Source of the DNA: an uncultured Alphaproteobacteria bacterium
GTDB lineage: Bacteria > Pseudomonadota > Alphaproteobacteria > Dongiales > Dongiaceae
Length of the DNA stretch: 64,000 bases
Reading direction: 5' to 3'
Assembly (NCBI GenBank): GCA_963696655.1
Contig: CAVOLB010000051.1
Location: 11,354 to 75,353 of the forward strand
How positions within the stretch are numbered: position 1 is the first letter of the stretch; each line of letters opens with the position of its first letter. The notes under the pieces are model-generated. The model did not search any database, was not told the DNA's origin, and saw nothing but the letters and a program-made list of their open reading frames with translations. The translations under genes were made by a program, and so were the position numbers. Positions 1 to 9,978 of the stretch are shown one piece after another.

Positions 1-710
1 ACCTCGCCGAGCCGGAATCGATCGAGCGCTTTGCCGGCCAGGTCCTTGGCGCCCATAAGGCGATTCATGTCCTCATCAATAACGCGGGCATCATGGCGAT
101 ACCGCTGACGCGAGACGCCCGCGGCTATGAGATGCAGTTCGCCGTGAATCATCTGGGGCATTTCCAGCTGACGGCGTGGTTCTGGAATGCGCTCAAGCGC
201 GCCGGGCAGTCGCGGATCGTGGCACTGTCGTCGTTCGGGCATCGGCGCAGCCCCGTCCATCTCGACGATCCCAACTTCCAGCGGCGGCCTTACGACAAGT
301 GGATGGGTTATGGCCAGTCGAAGACGGCGAACGTCCTGTTCGCGGTCGAGGCGGACCGGCGCGGGAAGGCGGACGGCATCCGTGCCTTCGCCCTTCACCC
401 CGGCCGCATCCCCGGCACCGACCTGGGACGCCACATGACCGAGGAGGATTTGAAGGCGGTCGGCGTCACGCGCGAGAACGGCGTCTTCAAGGGCCCCAAC
501 CTCAAGACGATCGAACAGGGCGCGGCGACCACCGTCTGGTGCGCCGTGAGCCCTCAGCTCGAGGGCGAGGGCGGCGTCTATTGCGCGGACTGCGATATCT
601 CGGCCGTGATCCCGGATGACGGCCAGGACTCCGCCGGCGTGCTGCGCTGGGCGATCGACAAGCCGACGGCGCGGGCCTTGTGGGATCTGAGCGAGACGCT
701 CGTCGCGTAA
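1..710 (+). CDS. short-chain dehydrogenase/reductase (SDR), 5'-truncated by window edge
   Basis: Reading frame is open from nt 3. Translation gives ...IHVLINNAGIMA... (SDR NNAG motif) and runs into the 93..710 ORF. Stop TAA at 708-710. Confidence 0.8.
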   Translation, partial: LAEPESIERFAGQVLGAHKAIHVLINNAGIMAIPLTRDARGYEMQFAVNHLGHFQLTAWFWNALKRAGQSRIVALSSFGHRRSPVHLDDPNFQRRPYDKWMGYGQSKTANVLFAVEADRRGKADGIRAFALHPGRIPGTDLGRHMTEEDLKAVGVTRENGVFKGPNLKTIEQGAATTVWCAVSPQLEGEGGVYCADCDISAVIPDDGQDSAGVLRWAIDKPTARALWDLSETLVA

Positions 711-729
711 GGCGCTTCTGATCGCCGCA

Positions 730-1644
730 TCAAGGGGCCGAGCGACCTCGTCCTCGTCCAGAGGGCTTCTTCGGCCGGGCTCTGCTGCGAGGGGGCGATT
801 TGGGCGGCACCGATCGGACGGCGGGTGTCACGACCTTCGGTTTTCCAACCTTCGCCTTCACCGCTGCGTCTTTGTCGGTGAGCTCGATCCAGGTCGGCGC
901 ATGGTCGCTGGCCTTGGGCCAGCCGCGGACCTCGCGATCAACGCCGGCGGCAACCAGGCGCTTGGCGACGGCGGGGCTGAGCAGCAGATGGTCGATCCGC
1001 AGGCCCGCATTGCGGGCCCAGTGGTTCCGGAAGTAGTCCCAGAAGGTGTAGATGCGTTCGTCGGGATGGAGCGCGCGCAGCGCGTCGGTCCAGCCCTGCG
1101 CCACCAGCGCCTGGAACGCCTTCCTGCTCTCCGGTAGGAACAGGGCGTCGTTCTTCCAGCTCTCGGGCCTGTAGACGTCGAGATCGGTCGGAATCACGTT
1201 GTAGTCGCCGGCCAGGACGAATGGGGCCTTTCGCGCAAGCTGCTTCTTGGCGTAAGCGGAGAGCCGCTGGAACCAGCGCAGCTTGTAGTCGAACTTCGGA
1301 CCCGGCGCCGGATTGCCGTTCGGCAGATAGAGGCAGCCGACCGTCACGCCGTCGATCGTGGCCTCGATATAGCGGCTATGATCGTCATCGGGATCGCCGG
1401 GAAGGCCGCGGCGCGTCTCGACCGGGGTTGCGCCACGCGCCAGGATGGCGACGCCGTTCCAGCTCTTCTGGCCCTGCCAGATCGCGCCATAACCGGCCTG
1501 CTTCAGGGCTGCCTCCGGAAACGCCTCCTGCGGCGTCTTCAGTTCCTGCAGACAGACGATGTCGGGCTTGGCCGTGCCCAGCCAGCGGATCAGGGCGGGC
1601 AAGCGGCCGTTGATGCCATTCACGTTGAAGGTCGCGATCTTCAT
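730..1644 (-). CDS. xthA: exodeoxyribonuclease III (AP endonuclease) with basic Lys/Arg/Pro-rich C-terminal tail
   Basis: N-terminus MKIATFNVNGINGRLPALIRWL...PDIVCLQELK and C-terminal SDHAPTWIEL are typical of the Xth/EEP family. About 48 extra basic residues follow. Confidence 0.9.
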   Translation of the reverse strand: MKIATFNVNGINGRLPALIRWLGTAKPDIVCLQELKTPQEAFPEAALKQAGYGAIWQGQKSWNGVAILARGATPVETRRGLPGDPDDDHSRYIEATIDGVTVGCLYLPNGNPAPGPKFDYKLRWFQRLSAYAKKQLARKAPFVLAGDYNVIPTDLDVYRPESWKNDALFLPESRKAFQALVAQGWTDALRALHPDERIYTFWDYFRNHWARNAGLRIDHLLLSPAVAKRLVAAGVDREVRGWPKASDHAPTWIELTDKDAAVKAKVGKPKVVTPAVRSVPPKSPPRSRARPKKPSGRGRGRSAP

Positions 1645-1785
1645 GCGCGGCTGCCTCCGTCGGTCCTGTCAGGAACGAGCTTCTCCGGTCACGGCGCCGG
1701 GCACAAGCCGTTCCGCCGAACGCGTCGCGAAGAAGAGGGGGTGTGGGCCGGGCGGGACAAGAGCTCGTCTGCCATTTCGTTGGCC

Positions 1786-1835
1786 GGAGCAAGATCGGAT
1801 CAGCTTGAAGCAAGCTGATCCGTGAATCTTGCTCC
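1786..1835. repeat. long imperfect palindrome/hairpin (22 paired positions, 3-nt bulge, 3-nt loop)
   Basis: GGAGCAAGAT CGGATCAGCTTG AAG CAAGCTGATCCG TGA ATCTTGCTCC, read directly. Lies between divergently transcribed genes. Confidence 0.8.
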
Positions 1836-1861
1836 GATTCAAATGACTAGAGACTGATTCA

Positions 1862-1888
1862 CGTCTCAAGTCGATTCGACTTGAGACG
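1862..1888. repeat. perfect 12-bp-stem hairpin
   Basis: CGTCTCAAGTCG ATT CGACTTGAGACG, read directly. Confidence 0.8.
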
Positions 1889-2102
1889 ATCAGGCTCTTG
1901 CGAGAAGCCGGAGAAATCCGCCCTGTTCTCTCTGCCGCCAGGTCCGGCTGACGCGGCCCACTGCTGTCGAAACGGAACGCCGCGGAAGTTGTTCCCGGGA
2001 TCGTATGCGCGGCGCGCGATGCAGCTTTGCTCAGCCGCCCAAGGCAACGCCCCGCGCCCTGGGATAGGATTTTAGGCAGCGTGACGCTGCTCGAACCTCG
2101 GG

Positions 2103-2996
2103 ATGGAGAAGCCCATGACCATCGGTTTCATCGGCCTCGGCAATATGGGCGAGCCCATGGCGCTGAACTTGGCCCGGGCCGGAACCCCGCTGGTCGTCTG
2201 GAGCCGCGCAGCTGACAAGTGCGAGCCCCTGCGCAAAGCGGGTGCCCGCGTGGCGGCAAGCCCGAGCGACCTCTTCGCCCAGACGCGCATCGTGGTCCTG
2301 ATGCTGGCCAACGGCGCCGCCATCGACGAGGTGCTCGGCCGCGGTAGCCCGGCCTTCGCTTCCCATGTCGCGGATCGCATCATCGTCCATATGGGAACGA
2401 CCGCGCCCGACTATTCGCGCGGGCTCGAGGCCGAGATCAGGGCGGCTGGCGGCCGCTATGTCGAAGCGCCCGTCTCCGGTTCGCGCAAACCCGCCGAGGC
2501 CGGACAGCTCGTGGCGATGCTGGCGGGCGATCCCGGCAGCATCGAAGAGGTCCGCCCGCTGCTCAAGCCGATGTGCCATGAGACGATCGTCTGCGGCGCG
2601 GTGCCGAGCGCCTTGCTCATGAAATTGTCGGTCAATCTGTTCCTCCTCACCATGGTCACCGGGCTCGCGGAGGCGGCGCATTTCGCCGACCGACAGGGCG
2701 TGAACATGCAGCAGTTCCTGGCGGTGCTCGATGCCGGGCCGATGGCGAGCGCCGTGTCGCGCGTGAAGGGAGCCAAGCTGGTGGCCCGCGATTTCTCCGT
2801 CCAGGCCGCCATCGCCGATGTGCTGATGAACAACCGGCTGGTGGCCGAGGCGGCGAGGGAAGCCAGGCTGGCGACACCGCTGCTCGATGTCTGCCACGCG
2901 CTCTATGCCGAGACCCTGGCGCTCGGACACGGTCAGGCCGACATGGCGGCCGTCGTCCGCGCGCTCGAGGCGCGCACCGATTCCGCCGTCAGATAG
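2103..2996 (+). CDS. NAD(P)-dependent beta-hydroxyacid dehydrogenase family oxidoreductase (3-hydroxyisobutyrate/6-phosphogluconate dehydrogenase-like)
   Basis: N-terminal Rossmann motif [21 protein letters not shown]. Length is typical of the family. Start could instead be the ATG at 2115. Confidence 0.85.
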   Translation: MEKPMTIGFIGLGNMGEPMALNLARAGTPLVVWSRAADKCEPLRKAGARVAASPSDLFAQTRIVVLMLANGAAIDEVLGRGSPAFASHVADRIIVHMGTTAPDYSRGLEAEIRAAGGRYVEAPVSGSRKPAEAGQLVAMLAGDPGSIEEVRPLLKPMCHETIVCGAVPSALLMKLSVNLFLLTMVTGLAEAAHFADRQGVNMQQFLAVLDAGPMASAVSRVKGAKLVARDFSVQAAIADVLMNNRLVAEAAREARLATPLLDVCHALYAETLALGHGQADMAAVVRALEARTDSAVR

Positions 2997-3035
2997 ACCT
3001 TTCCACGGCACGGGTCTCGCAGCGATCGCGGGACC

Positions 3036-4025
3036 TCAATGCGGCGCCACCTTGCGATCCAGGAAGTCGTGGATCATCGGCGCCATGACATCGAGCTGGT
3101 CCTCGAGCGCGAAATGGCCGGTGTCGAGGAGATGGAGCTCGGCGTCCGGCAGATCGCGCAGATAGGGGCTGGCGCCGTCGGCCGGGAAGATCTTGTCGTT
3201 CTTGCCCCAGACGATCAGCGTCGGCGGCTTGTACTCCCGGAAGAAGGCCTGGAATTTCGGATAGAGCGGCAGATTGGTGCCGTAATCGTGGAACAGGTCG
3301 AGCTGGATGTCCTTGTTGCCGGGGCGGTCCAGCAGGGCCTGGTCATGAACCCAGTTGTCCGGGTCGATGCGGGTGAGATCGCTCATGCCGTCGGTGTACT
3401 GGAACTTCGTTGTCTCCGGCGCCACGAGGAAACTCAGCGCCTCGCGATGGGCGGACGACCCGTCCGCCCAATAGGCCTTGATCGGATCCCAGAACGACTT
3501 CAGCCCCTCTTCATAGGCGTTGCCGTTCTGCACGATCAGGCCGCTGACGCGTTCCGGATGCTTCAGCGCCAGGCGGTAGCCGACCGGCGCGCCATAATCC
3601 ATCACATACATCGCGTAGCGCTGGATCTTGAGCTGCTGCAGCAGCCCGTCCATGAGGTCGGCATAATGGCCGAAGGTATAGGCGAACTGGGTGTGATCGG
3701 GCATCGCGCTCTGGCCGAAGCCCGGATAATCGGGTGCGATCACATGATAGCGGTCGGCGAGGAGGGGGATCAGATTGCGGAACATATGCGAGGAGGTCGG
3801 GAAACCGTGCAGCAGCAGAACGACCGGGCCATCGGCAGGACCCGCTTCGCGATAGAAGATATCGACCCCGTCCACCGCGACCGTGTGATAGTGAGTCACG
3901 ACGACCGCCGGCATGGCGGATGCGGCTCGTGCCGGTGCGCCGCCGCAAGCGACGGTGACGAGAACCATGATGGCGAGGCCAGTGACCCATCTGGCAACGA
4001 AGGCAGCGGTCGATATCTTCTGCAT
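3036..4025 (-). CDS. secreted alpha/beta-fold hydrolase (epoxide hydrolase/haloalkane dehalogenase-like)
   Basis: Hydrophobic signal-like N-terminus, then [37 protein letters not shown], typical of the abhydrolase_1 family. Confidence 0.8.
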   Translation of the reverse strand: MQKISTAAFVARWVTGLAIMVLVTVACGGAPARAASAMPAVVVTHYHTVAVDGVDIFYREAGPADGPVVLLLHGFPTSSHMFRNLIPLLADRYHVIAPDYPGFGQSAMPDHTQFAYTFGHYADLMDGLLQQLKIQRYAMYVMDYGAPVGYRLALKHPERVSGLIVQNGNAYEEGLKSFWDPIKAYWADGSSAHREALSFLVAPETTKFQYTDGMSDLTRIDPDNWVHDQALLDRPGNKDIQLDLFHDYGTNLPLYPKFQAFFREYKPPTLIVWGKNDKIFPADGASPYLRDLPDAELHLLDTGHFALEDQLDVMAPMIHDFLDRKVAPH

Positions 4026-4322
4026 CGATCGATCTCCTGGTGCTTGGCTTCTCTGCGCCCGTCATGGCGCATGGTCTGTCGGCGGTGTGTTCGCCGACCT
4101 GCAGGAGGTCGACATGTCGCTGGAGGGCGATCCTGCGACCGATCGCCGACGAGTTCTTGAAGGACCATGCTGCGGCGCAGGTCCGGCTGCCGCCGCTGGG
4201 CCGACCTCAGGAGCGCGATCCCCGAATTGGAGCACCCCCGGCCGCGACGCCCGTCTGAGCCCACATCTTCCGTTGGAACCCCAGGATCGCCTCGCCGTTT
4301 CCCCCGTGCCGGGAGAGCGGGC

Positions 4323-4940
4323 ATGACCTTGACCTCCGATATCACGTCGTTGACGGCGCTCCGGGCGGCGGAGGGCTCCTGCCGGCGCTGCTCCCTATAT
4401 AAGTGTGCAACGCAAGTCGTGCCGGGCGAGGGGCCGGCGCGGGCGCGGATCATGCTGGTGGGCGAACAGCCCGGCGATCAGGAAGATCGGGCGGGGAAAC
4501 CCTTCGTCGGCCCGGCCGGTCGCATCCTGGATCAGGCGCTGGACGAGGCCGGCATCGAGCGCAAGGCGGTCTTCGTCACCAATGCAGTCAAGCATTTCAA
4601 GTTCGAGCAGCGCGGCAAGCGGCGGATGCACAAGCGGCCCGATGTCCATGAGATCGAGCGCTGCCATTGGTGGCTCGATCTCGAACGCCGGATCGTCAAG
4701 CCGTCCCTCGTTGTGGCCTTGGGCGCTACCGCAGTCCGCAGCGTCCTGGGGCGACCCGTGGCGATCAGCAAGATCCATGGCCGCACGCTGCCGGTCCCGG
4801 AGGGCGGCCGGATGCTCGCGACCATCCATCCGTCCTACATCCTGCGCATCGACGACGATGAGGAGAAGCGGCGGCAATACCGGCAGTTCGTCGAGGATCT
4901 GAAGGCTGGCCGTCACGCTGCGGCCGAGAGGGCCGGTTGA
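4323..4940 (+). CDS. family-4-like uracil-DNA glycosylase, UdgX type
   Basis: CRRCSLYKC Fe-S Cys motif, GEQPG motif A, FVGPAGR, NAVKHFKF, a GKRRMHKRP loop (KRRIH-like) and HPS motif B. I chose the ATG at 4323 because the upstream ORF extension is Arg/Pro-rich junk. Confidence 0.8.
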   Translation: MTLTSDITSLTALRAAEGSCRRCSLYKCATQVVPGEGPARARIMLVGEQPGDQEDRAGKPFVGPAGRILDQALDEAGIERKAVFVTNAVKHFKFEQRGKRRMHKRPDVHEIERCHWWLDLERRIVKPSLVVALGATAVRSVLGRPVAISKIHGRTLPVPEGGRMLATIHPSYILRIDDDEEKRRQYRQFVEDLKAGRHAAAERAG

Positions 4941-4960
4941 TCTCAGAACCTGCGCCGAAA

Positions 4961-5275
4961 TCAGACCGCGACGTCGAGGAGCTGGCCCTTCTTCTTGGCG
5001 GCCTCTTCCAACTGCTGCTTGATCAGTTCCTTGATCTTGGCTTCCAGCTTCTGCCGGTCCGCCGGGGACATCGCGTTCACATCGTCCTCGGTCAGGCCCA
5101 TGCTCTTGAGGATGTTGTCCCGCATGCGCTCCGCCGGCGACATCCTGGCATAGGCGAGGAACTCGGCCTCGACATCTTCCTTGGCGCCGCTGTCCGGCGC
5201 CGGATCCAGGACGGGCGCGTTGGAGCTGGGCTTGGAGTGGGTCGGGGCGGGCACGCCGATGGGAGGAATGTTCAT
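4961..5275 (-). CDS. small hypothetical protein (about 104 aa, charged helical C-terminus)
   Basis: ATG at 5275 is preceded by a GGAGA Shine-Dalgarno. The remaining upstream part of the ORF looks non-coding. No recognisable domain. Confidence 0.55.
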   Translation of the reverse strand: MNIPPIGVPAPTHSKPSSNAPVLDPAPDSGAKEDVEAEFLAYARMSPAERMRDNILKSMGLTEDDVNAMSPADRQKLEAKIKELIKQQLEEAAKKKGQLLDVAV

Positions 5276-5444
5276 GAGGAAATCTCCGGTCCGTGGCGCC
5301 TCATCGTGCAAATTCCATGCCGGGCTCTTCGCTTCCTTATGGCTTTGATTTCCGGCCGCCGGTTTCGTTTCTGACGCGCCGCGGAAGGATCGCGGAAATC
5401 CTTGCCGGGCAGGAATTTCCGGTCGAGACGACGGAGCGGCTCCC

Positions 5445-6689
5445 TCAGCGCGCCGGCTCACCGGCGGGCGAAGGGATCTTCCTGGCCATCGCCGCAATGA
5501 AGCAGGCGATGAGGTTCGCCGCCACCCCGGCCAGGATCGGCAGGGTATAGCTGTGGCTGAGGTCGAAGATGAAACCGGCGGCGCTGGGGCCGATCAGTGT
5601 GCCGAAGGCCACGCTGGTGAAGAGGATGCCCATGATGCTGCTGATGCTGCGCCCGCCGAAGCAGTCCATGACGACCGAAGGGAGAATCGCGACCCAGCCG
5701 CCATAGAGCACACCATAGACGAAGGAAAAGAGGGCGAGCGACCAGAATCCCGTCGCGAACACCCAGATGGTGAGGGCGAGGGCCATGCCGACGAAGAGCG
5801 CCAGGAGGAAGGAGTAACGGCCGAGACGGTCGGCGAGGCCGCCGAGGAGGAACCGGCCCGCCGTGCTGCCGATCCCGATGATGCCGAGCAGAAAGGCCGC
5901 CGCCGACCGCTCGACCCCATGATCCAGGGCGAACGGCACAAGATGGACGAAGGGCATGAAAATGCCGAAGGAGCAGATCAGGCAAGCCGCATAGAGACAG
6001 GCGAATTGCCGGGTGCGCATCGCCTCGCCGAGCGTCATGCCCGCGGGGCGCTCCCTATGGGCGTCCGCTTTCGGAGGCTCGCCGTCCGGAGCGAGCCCGC
6101 GATGGCGCGGATCGTCGGCGAAGAGGAGCGACATGCCGGCGCCCAGGAACGCGGCCAGCGCACCCAGGACGAGATAGGCCTCGCGCCAGCCCAGGACCTC
6201 GACGAGCTGCACGGCCAGCGCCGGCAGCACCAGCGTGCCGACGCCGATGCCGCTGACGGCGAGACCGGAGGCGAAGCCGCGCCGCCGCACGAACCAACGC
6301 TGCACCGCGGCCACGGCGGGCACATAGGAGAAACCCACCCCGAGGCCGACTCCCAGCCCATAGGCCGCATAGACCTCGGTGATCGTCCGGGCCACGCTCG
6401 CGAGCGCCAGCCCCAGACCCACCAGGATCATGCCGGTGACGGCCATGCGGCGGGAGCCCCAGCGGTCGGCGAGCGGGCCGCTGACCACCCCCAACCCGAA
6501 ATAGAGGAAGCCGGCCAGCGAGAAGACCAGCGAGACGGAGCCGCGCGAGGCGCCGAAATCCGTCTGCAGGGAATCGACGAAGGCGCTGAAGGTATAGGCG
6601 CTGCCGAAGCCGACGAACATGACGGTGAAGGCCGCCGCCACGACGTACCAGCCATAGAAGATGCGGGCCTGTGGGAGTGTCGGCGTCAT
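5445..6689 (-). CDS. MFS transporter (oxalate/formate-antiporter-like subfamily)
   Basis: About 12 hydrophobic segments, and the motif GPLADRWGSRRM between TM2 and TM3 that is typical of MFS. Confidence 0.8.
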   Translation of the reverse strand: MTPTLPQARIFYGWYVVAAAFTVMFVGFGSAYTFSAFVDSLQTDFGASRGSVSLVFSLAGFLYFGLGVVSGPLADRWGSRRMAVTGMILVGLGLALASVARTITEVYAAYGLGVGLGVGFSYVPAVAAVQRWFVRRRGFASGLAVSGIGVGTLVLPALAVQLVEVLGWREAYLVLGALAAFLGAGMSLLFADDPRHRGLAPDGEPPKADAHRERPAGMTLGEAMRTRQFACLYAACLICSFGIFMPFVHLVPFALDHGVERSAAAFLLGIIGIGSTAGRFLLGGLADRLGRYSFLLALFVGMALALTIWVFATGFWSLALFSFVYGVLYGGWVAILPSVVMDCFGGRSISSIMGILFTSVAFGTLIGPSAAGFIFDLSHSYTLPILAGVAANLIACFIAAMARKIPSPAGEPAR

Positions 6690-7065
6690 AGGGGAGACCG
6701 GGCTCGGCGATGGCGGGAGATGATGATCTAGCAGGCCGCGCCCGGCCGGGCCAGCGCCGACCCGGTCCGTGAGCGGATTGGAACGCTTTCGTTATAGCCA
6801 TCGGCGCCGCTCCCGTGACTTTCTGATTAGCCTGCTATTTGGTATGCCAGCGAAACGTTCCCGCTGTTTAACCCGCCCGCGCCGTCCGCGATGCCGGCGG
6901 CCGTGACAGCGATTATCTCGGCGTCGAGCTAAAATTCAGTTGGTAGGAAATTGCTGAATTTGAAGGGGACGACCGTAACCGTCGCCCCGCATGCTGGCGG
7001 GCGTCCGCAAACAATGCTGTGATGACGACGCGATCTCTTGTCGGATCGGGCATGGAGATTTGTTC

Positions 7066-7401
7066 ATGGTGACGAAACCCTCCCGTTCGACCGGCATCGT
7101 TCTCGCGCTCGGCGAGGCACCGATCTTCGCCGCTGGCGATCGCGTCAGGGTCTCGATGCGCTTTCCCGTCGGTCACTACCGCGTGCCGCTCTATGTCCGC
7201 GGGAAATCGGCGGTCGTCGAGGCGGTGATGGAGCCTGCCAACCTCGACAATGAGGAGGAGGGCTTCGGGCGCAACGCCGGATCGAAGCTTCACTATTACC
7301 GCGTCGCCATTCCGCTGACCGAGCTGTGGCCGGGCTATGCCGGCTCGCCCCGCGACAGCCTGCGCATCGAAATCTTCGAAACCTGGCTCGAAAGGATCTG
7401 A
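7066..7401 (+). CDS. nitrile hydratase beta-subunit C-terminal-half-like protein (SH3-like fold)
   Basis: FAAGDRVRV...PVGHYRVPLYVRGKSAVV...LHYYRVAIPLTELWPG...IEIFETWLE matches the C-terminal half of NHase beta / SCNase alpha. GGAGA lies before the ATG at 7066. Confidence 0.75.
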   Translation: MVTKPSRSTGIVLALGEAPIFAAGDRVRVSMRFPVGHYRVPLYVRGKSAVVEAVMEPANLDNEEEGFGRNAGSKLHYYRVAIPLTELWPGYAGSPRDSLRIEIFETWLERI

Positions 7402-7404
7402 CCG

Positions 7405-8058
7405 ATGTCCGCAGATGATCATGACCACGATCACGATCACACCCCCATCCAGGCCGGCGAGCAGCCGCCCGGCTATTACGAGATCATGGAGACGGCGATT
7501 CGCGAGCTGCTCGTGGAGAAGGGGTTGATCAAGGCGGGCGAGATCCGCCGGCAGGTCGAGGTGCTCGATTCCCGCAATCCGGCGCTCGGCGCCAAAGTGG
7601 TGGCGCGCGCCTGGGTCGATCCCGGTTTCCGCGCGCGGCTGCTCGCCAACGGGCGCGCGGGCTGCGAGGAGCTCGGCATCAGCTTCTATGACGACACGCA
7701 GCTGATCGTGCTCGAGAACACCGACAAGGTTCACAACCTCATCGTCTGCACCCTCTGCTCCTGTTATCCGCGCCCGGTGCTGGGCTTGCCGCCGGATTGG
7801 TACAAGGCGAAGCCCTATCGGGCCCGCGCGGTGATCGAGCCCCGGGCCGTGCTGGCCGAGTTCGGCACGCATATTCCCGACGATGTCGAGATCCGTGTCA
7901 GCGATTCGACGGCCACGATCCGTTTCCTGGTGCTCCCGCAACGCCCCAAGGGGACCGAGGACTTCAACGAGGAACAGCTCGCCGCCCTGGTGACCCGCGA
8001 TGCCATGATCGGCGTCGTGCCGGTCGAGCTTCCGGCGGCGAGAGGAGCCGTCCAATGA
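7405..8058 (+). CDS. nitrile hydratase alpha-subunit family protein (Co-type VCTLCSC metal centre), His/Asp-rich N-terminus
   Basis: Contains NLIVCTLCSCYPRPVLGLPPDWYKAKPYRARAV and IRFLVLPQRPKGT. N-terminus is MSADDHDHDHDHTP. Confidence 0.9.
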   Translation: MSADDHDHDHDHTPIQAGEQPPGYYEIMETAIRELLVEKGLIKAGEIRRQVEVLDSRNPALGAKVVARAWVDPGFRARLLANGRAGCEELGISFYDDTQLIVLENTDKVHNLIVCTLCSCYPRPVLGLPPDWYKAKPYRARAVIEPRAVLAEFGTHIPDDVEIRVSDSTATIRFLVLPQRPKGTEDFNEEQLAALVTRDAMIGVVPVELPAARGAVQ

Positions 8059-8399
8059 CCGATACCGAGGCCCTGGTCAAACGGCTCCCGAACGATATCG
8101 GCGGCTTGCCGGCGGGGCCGGTGCAGCGGGTCGACCATGAGCTCGAGCCCTGGGAGAAGCGCTGCCACGCGCTGGCCGACGTGCTGGATTTCCACAAGAT
8201 CATCAACACCGAGGAGAAGCGCCGCGGCGTCGAGGCGCTCGGCAGCGAGATGATCGGCAAGCTCACCTACTACGAACGCTGGATCGTCACCTTCGCCAAC
8301 ATCCTGTTCCAGAAGCAGCTGCTGACGCCCACGGACCTGGCCCGCAAGATGGACGAGGTGGCGGCAAGGTCCGGCGCGCTTCCGTCGGAGGGCGCGTAA
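8055..8399 (+). CDS. nitrile hydratase beta-subunit N-terminal-half-like protein
   Basis: NDIGGLPAGPV...HELEPWEKRCHAL...INTEEKRRGVEAL...YYERW matches the N-terminal half of NHase beta / SCNase beta. Its ATG at 8055 overlaps the alpha-subunit stop (ATGA). Confidence 0.75.
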   Translation: MTDTEALVKRLPNDIGGLPAGPVQRVDHELEPWEKRCHALADVLDFHKIINTEEKRRGVEALGSEMIGKLTYYERWIVTFANILFQKQLLTPTDLARKMDEVAARSGALPSEGA

Positions 8400-8438
8400 C
8401 GGCGGGCGCCGGACCTGGTTGCGGAGAGAACAGGAATC

Positions 8439-8843
8439 ATGACCCCAGCCGGGCTGATCACGATCCCGAGCGAGTTCGGCGCCGCGGAGACCATGAACCG
8501 CCTCATCGCCGAGGTGAGGGCCAAGGGCATGACGGTGTTCGCCCGGATCGATCACGCGGCCGGCGCCACCGCAGCCGGGCTGACCCTGAGGCCGACCGAG
8601 CTCCTGATCTTCGGCAATCCCAAGGGCGGGACGCCGCCGATGCAGACCGCCCAGACGATGGGGATCGATCTGCCGTTGAAGGCGCTCGTCTGGCAGGACG
8701 AAGCGGGGAAGACCTGGCTGTCCTACAACGACCCGGCCTGGCTCGCGCGACGGCACGGCATCGACGGCTCGCTGGAATCCACGATCTGCCTCATGGCGGG
8801 CGCCCTTCAGTCCATCGCGGCGAAGGCGGTCTCCGCGCCTTGA
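8439..8843 (+). CDS. DUF302 domain protein
   Basis: Pattern ...FARIDHAAGA...LRPTELLIFGNPKGGTPPMQ...GIDLPLKALVWQDEAGKTWLSYNDP is typical of DUF302. Confidence 0.7.
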   Translation: MTPAGLITIPSEFGAAETMNRLIAEVRAKGMTVFARIDHAAGATAAGLTLRPTELLIFGNPKGGTPPMQTAQTMGIDLPLKALVWQDEAGKTWLSYNDPAWLARRHGIDGSLESTICLMAGALQSIAAKAVSAP

Positions 8844-8864
8844 GGCAGTGGGCCGGCGAACCGG

Positions 8865-9914
8865 TCAGGCCCGAACCTCGACCGAAGGCCTGCCGGCCTC
8901 CCCATGGCCGATGATGCGGGTGCGCGGATAGCCGGCGTCGACGATTTTCTGCGCCATGGCCGCGGCCCGATCGGGAGCGCAGGCCAGCAGCAGCCCGCCC
9001 GATGTCTGCGGATCGGTAAGAAGGTGACGCCGCCATTCGGGAAGGTCGGCGGGCAGGGTCACCTCGCCGCTGTAGCTCGCCCAGTTCCGCAGCGAGGCCC
9101 CGGTGACGAAGCCCTGTTGGGCCAGCGCCTCCGCTTCGGACAGGAAGGGAAGCTCATTGGCGTCGATGACGAGCCTGAGCTTCGATCCGCGCGCCATCTC
9201 CAGCGCATGGCCGAGCAGGCCGAAGCCGGTGACATCGGTGATCGCGTGAATGGCGTCGTCGCCCGCCAGCTCGGCGCCGATCCGGTTGAGGAGTGTCGTC
9301 GATGCAATCATCTCCGCATAGGCCGCCGCGGAGAGTTCTCCTTTCTTGAAGGCTGACGAATAGATGCCGACGCCCAGCGCCTTGGTGAGGATCAGCGCAT
9401 CACCGGGCCGCGCGGTGGAATTGCGGCGGATGTTCTTCGGACTCCCGATGCCGATGACGGCCAGCCCGTAGATCGGTTCGGGCGAATCGATCGAATGCCC
9501 GCCGGCAATGGGAATGCCGGCCTCCGCGCAGATCTGCGAGCCGCCCTGGAGGATCTCCCGCACCATCTCGGTCGAAACCTTGCCGATCGGCATGCCGAGG
9601 ATGGCGAGCGCCATGATGGGGCGGCCGCCCATCGCGTAGATGTCGGAGATGGCGTTGGTCGCAGCAATCCGGCCGAAATCCTGCGGATCGTCGACCATCG
9701 GCATGAAGAAATCCGTCGTGGCGATGACGCAGGTCTCGTTGTCGAGTTGCCAGACCGCGGCATCGTCGCCGGTCTCCGTCCCCACCAGCAGCTCGCGATA
9801 AGGCTGCGCCGCCGGCTGATCCGCCAGAAGCTGCTGCAAGACGGAGGGGGCGAGCTTGCAGCCGCAACCCCCGCCATGGGCCAGGCTGGTCAGGCGAGCG
9901 AGGGGAGCATTCAT
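8865..9914 (-). CDS. selD: selenide, water dikinase (selenophosphate synthetase), Cys-type
   Basis: N-terminal [16 protein letters not shown] motif plus an AIR-synthase-like fold sequence. Confidence 0.92.
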   Translation of the reverse strand: MNAPLARLTSLAHGGGCGCKLAPSVLQQLLADQPAAQPYRELLVGTETGDDAAVWQLDNETCVIATTDFFMPMVDDPQDFGRIAATNAISDIYAMGGRPIMALAILGMPIGKVSTEMVREILQGGSQICAEAGIPIAGGHSIDSPEPIYGLAVIGIGSPKNIRRNSTARPGDALILTKALGVGIYSSAFKKGELSAAAYAEMIASTTLLNRIGAELAGDDAIHAITDVTGFGLLGHALEMARGSKLRLVIDANELPFLSEAEALAQQGFVTGASLRNWASYSGEVTLPADLPEWRRHLLTDPQTSGGLLLACAPDRAAAMAQKIVDAGYPRTRIIGHGEAGRPSVEVRA

Positions 9915-9978
9915 GATCTTTCCTTGCCGGCCGGCCGCGAGTGGCAGCGGACCCGTCGAGCCTTTGCGGAACGGACGA

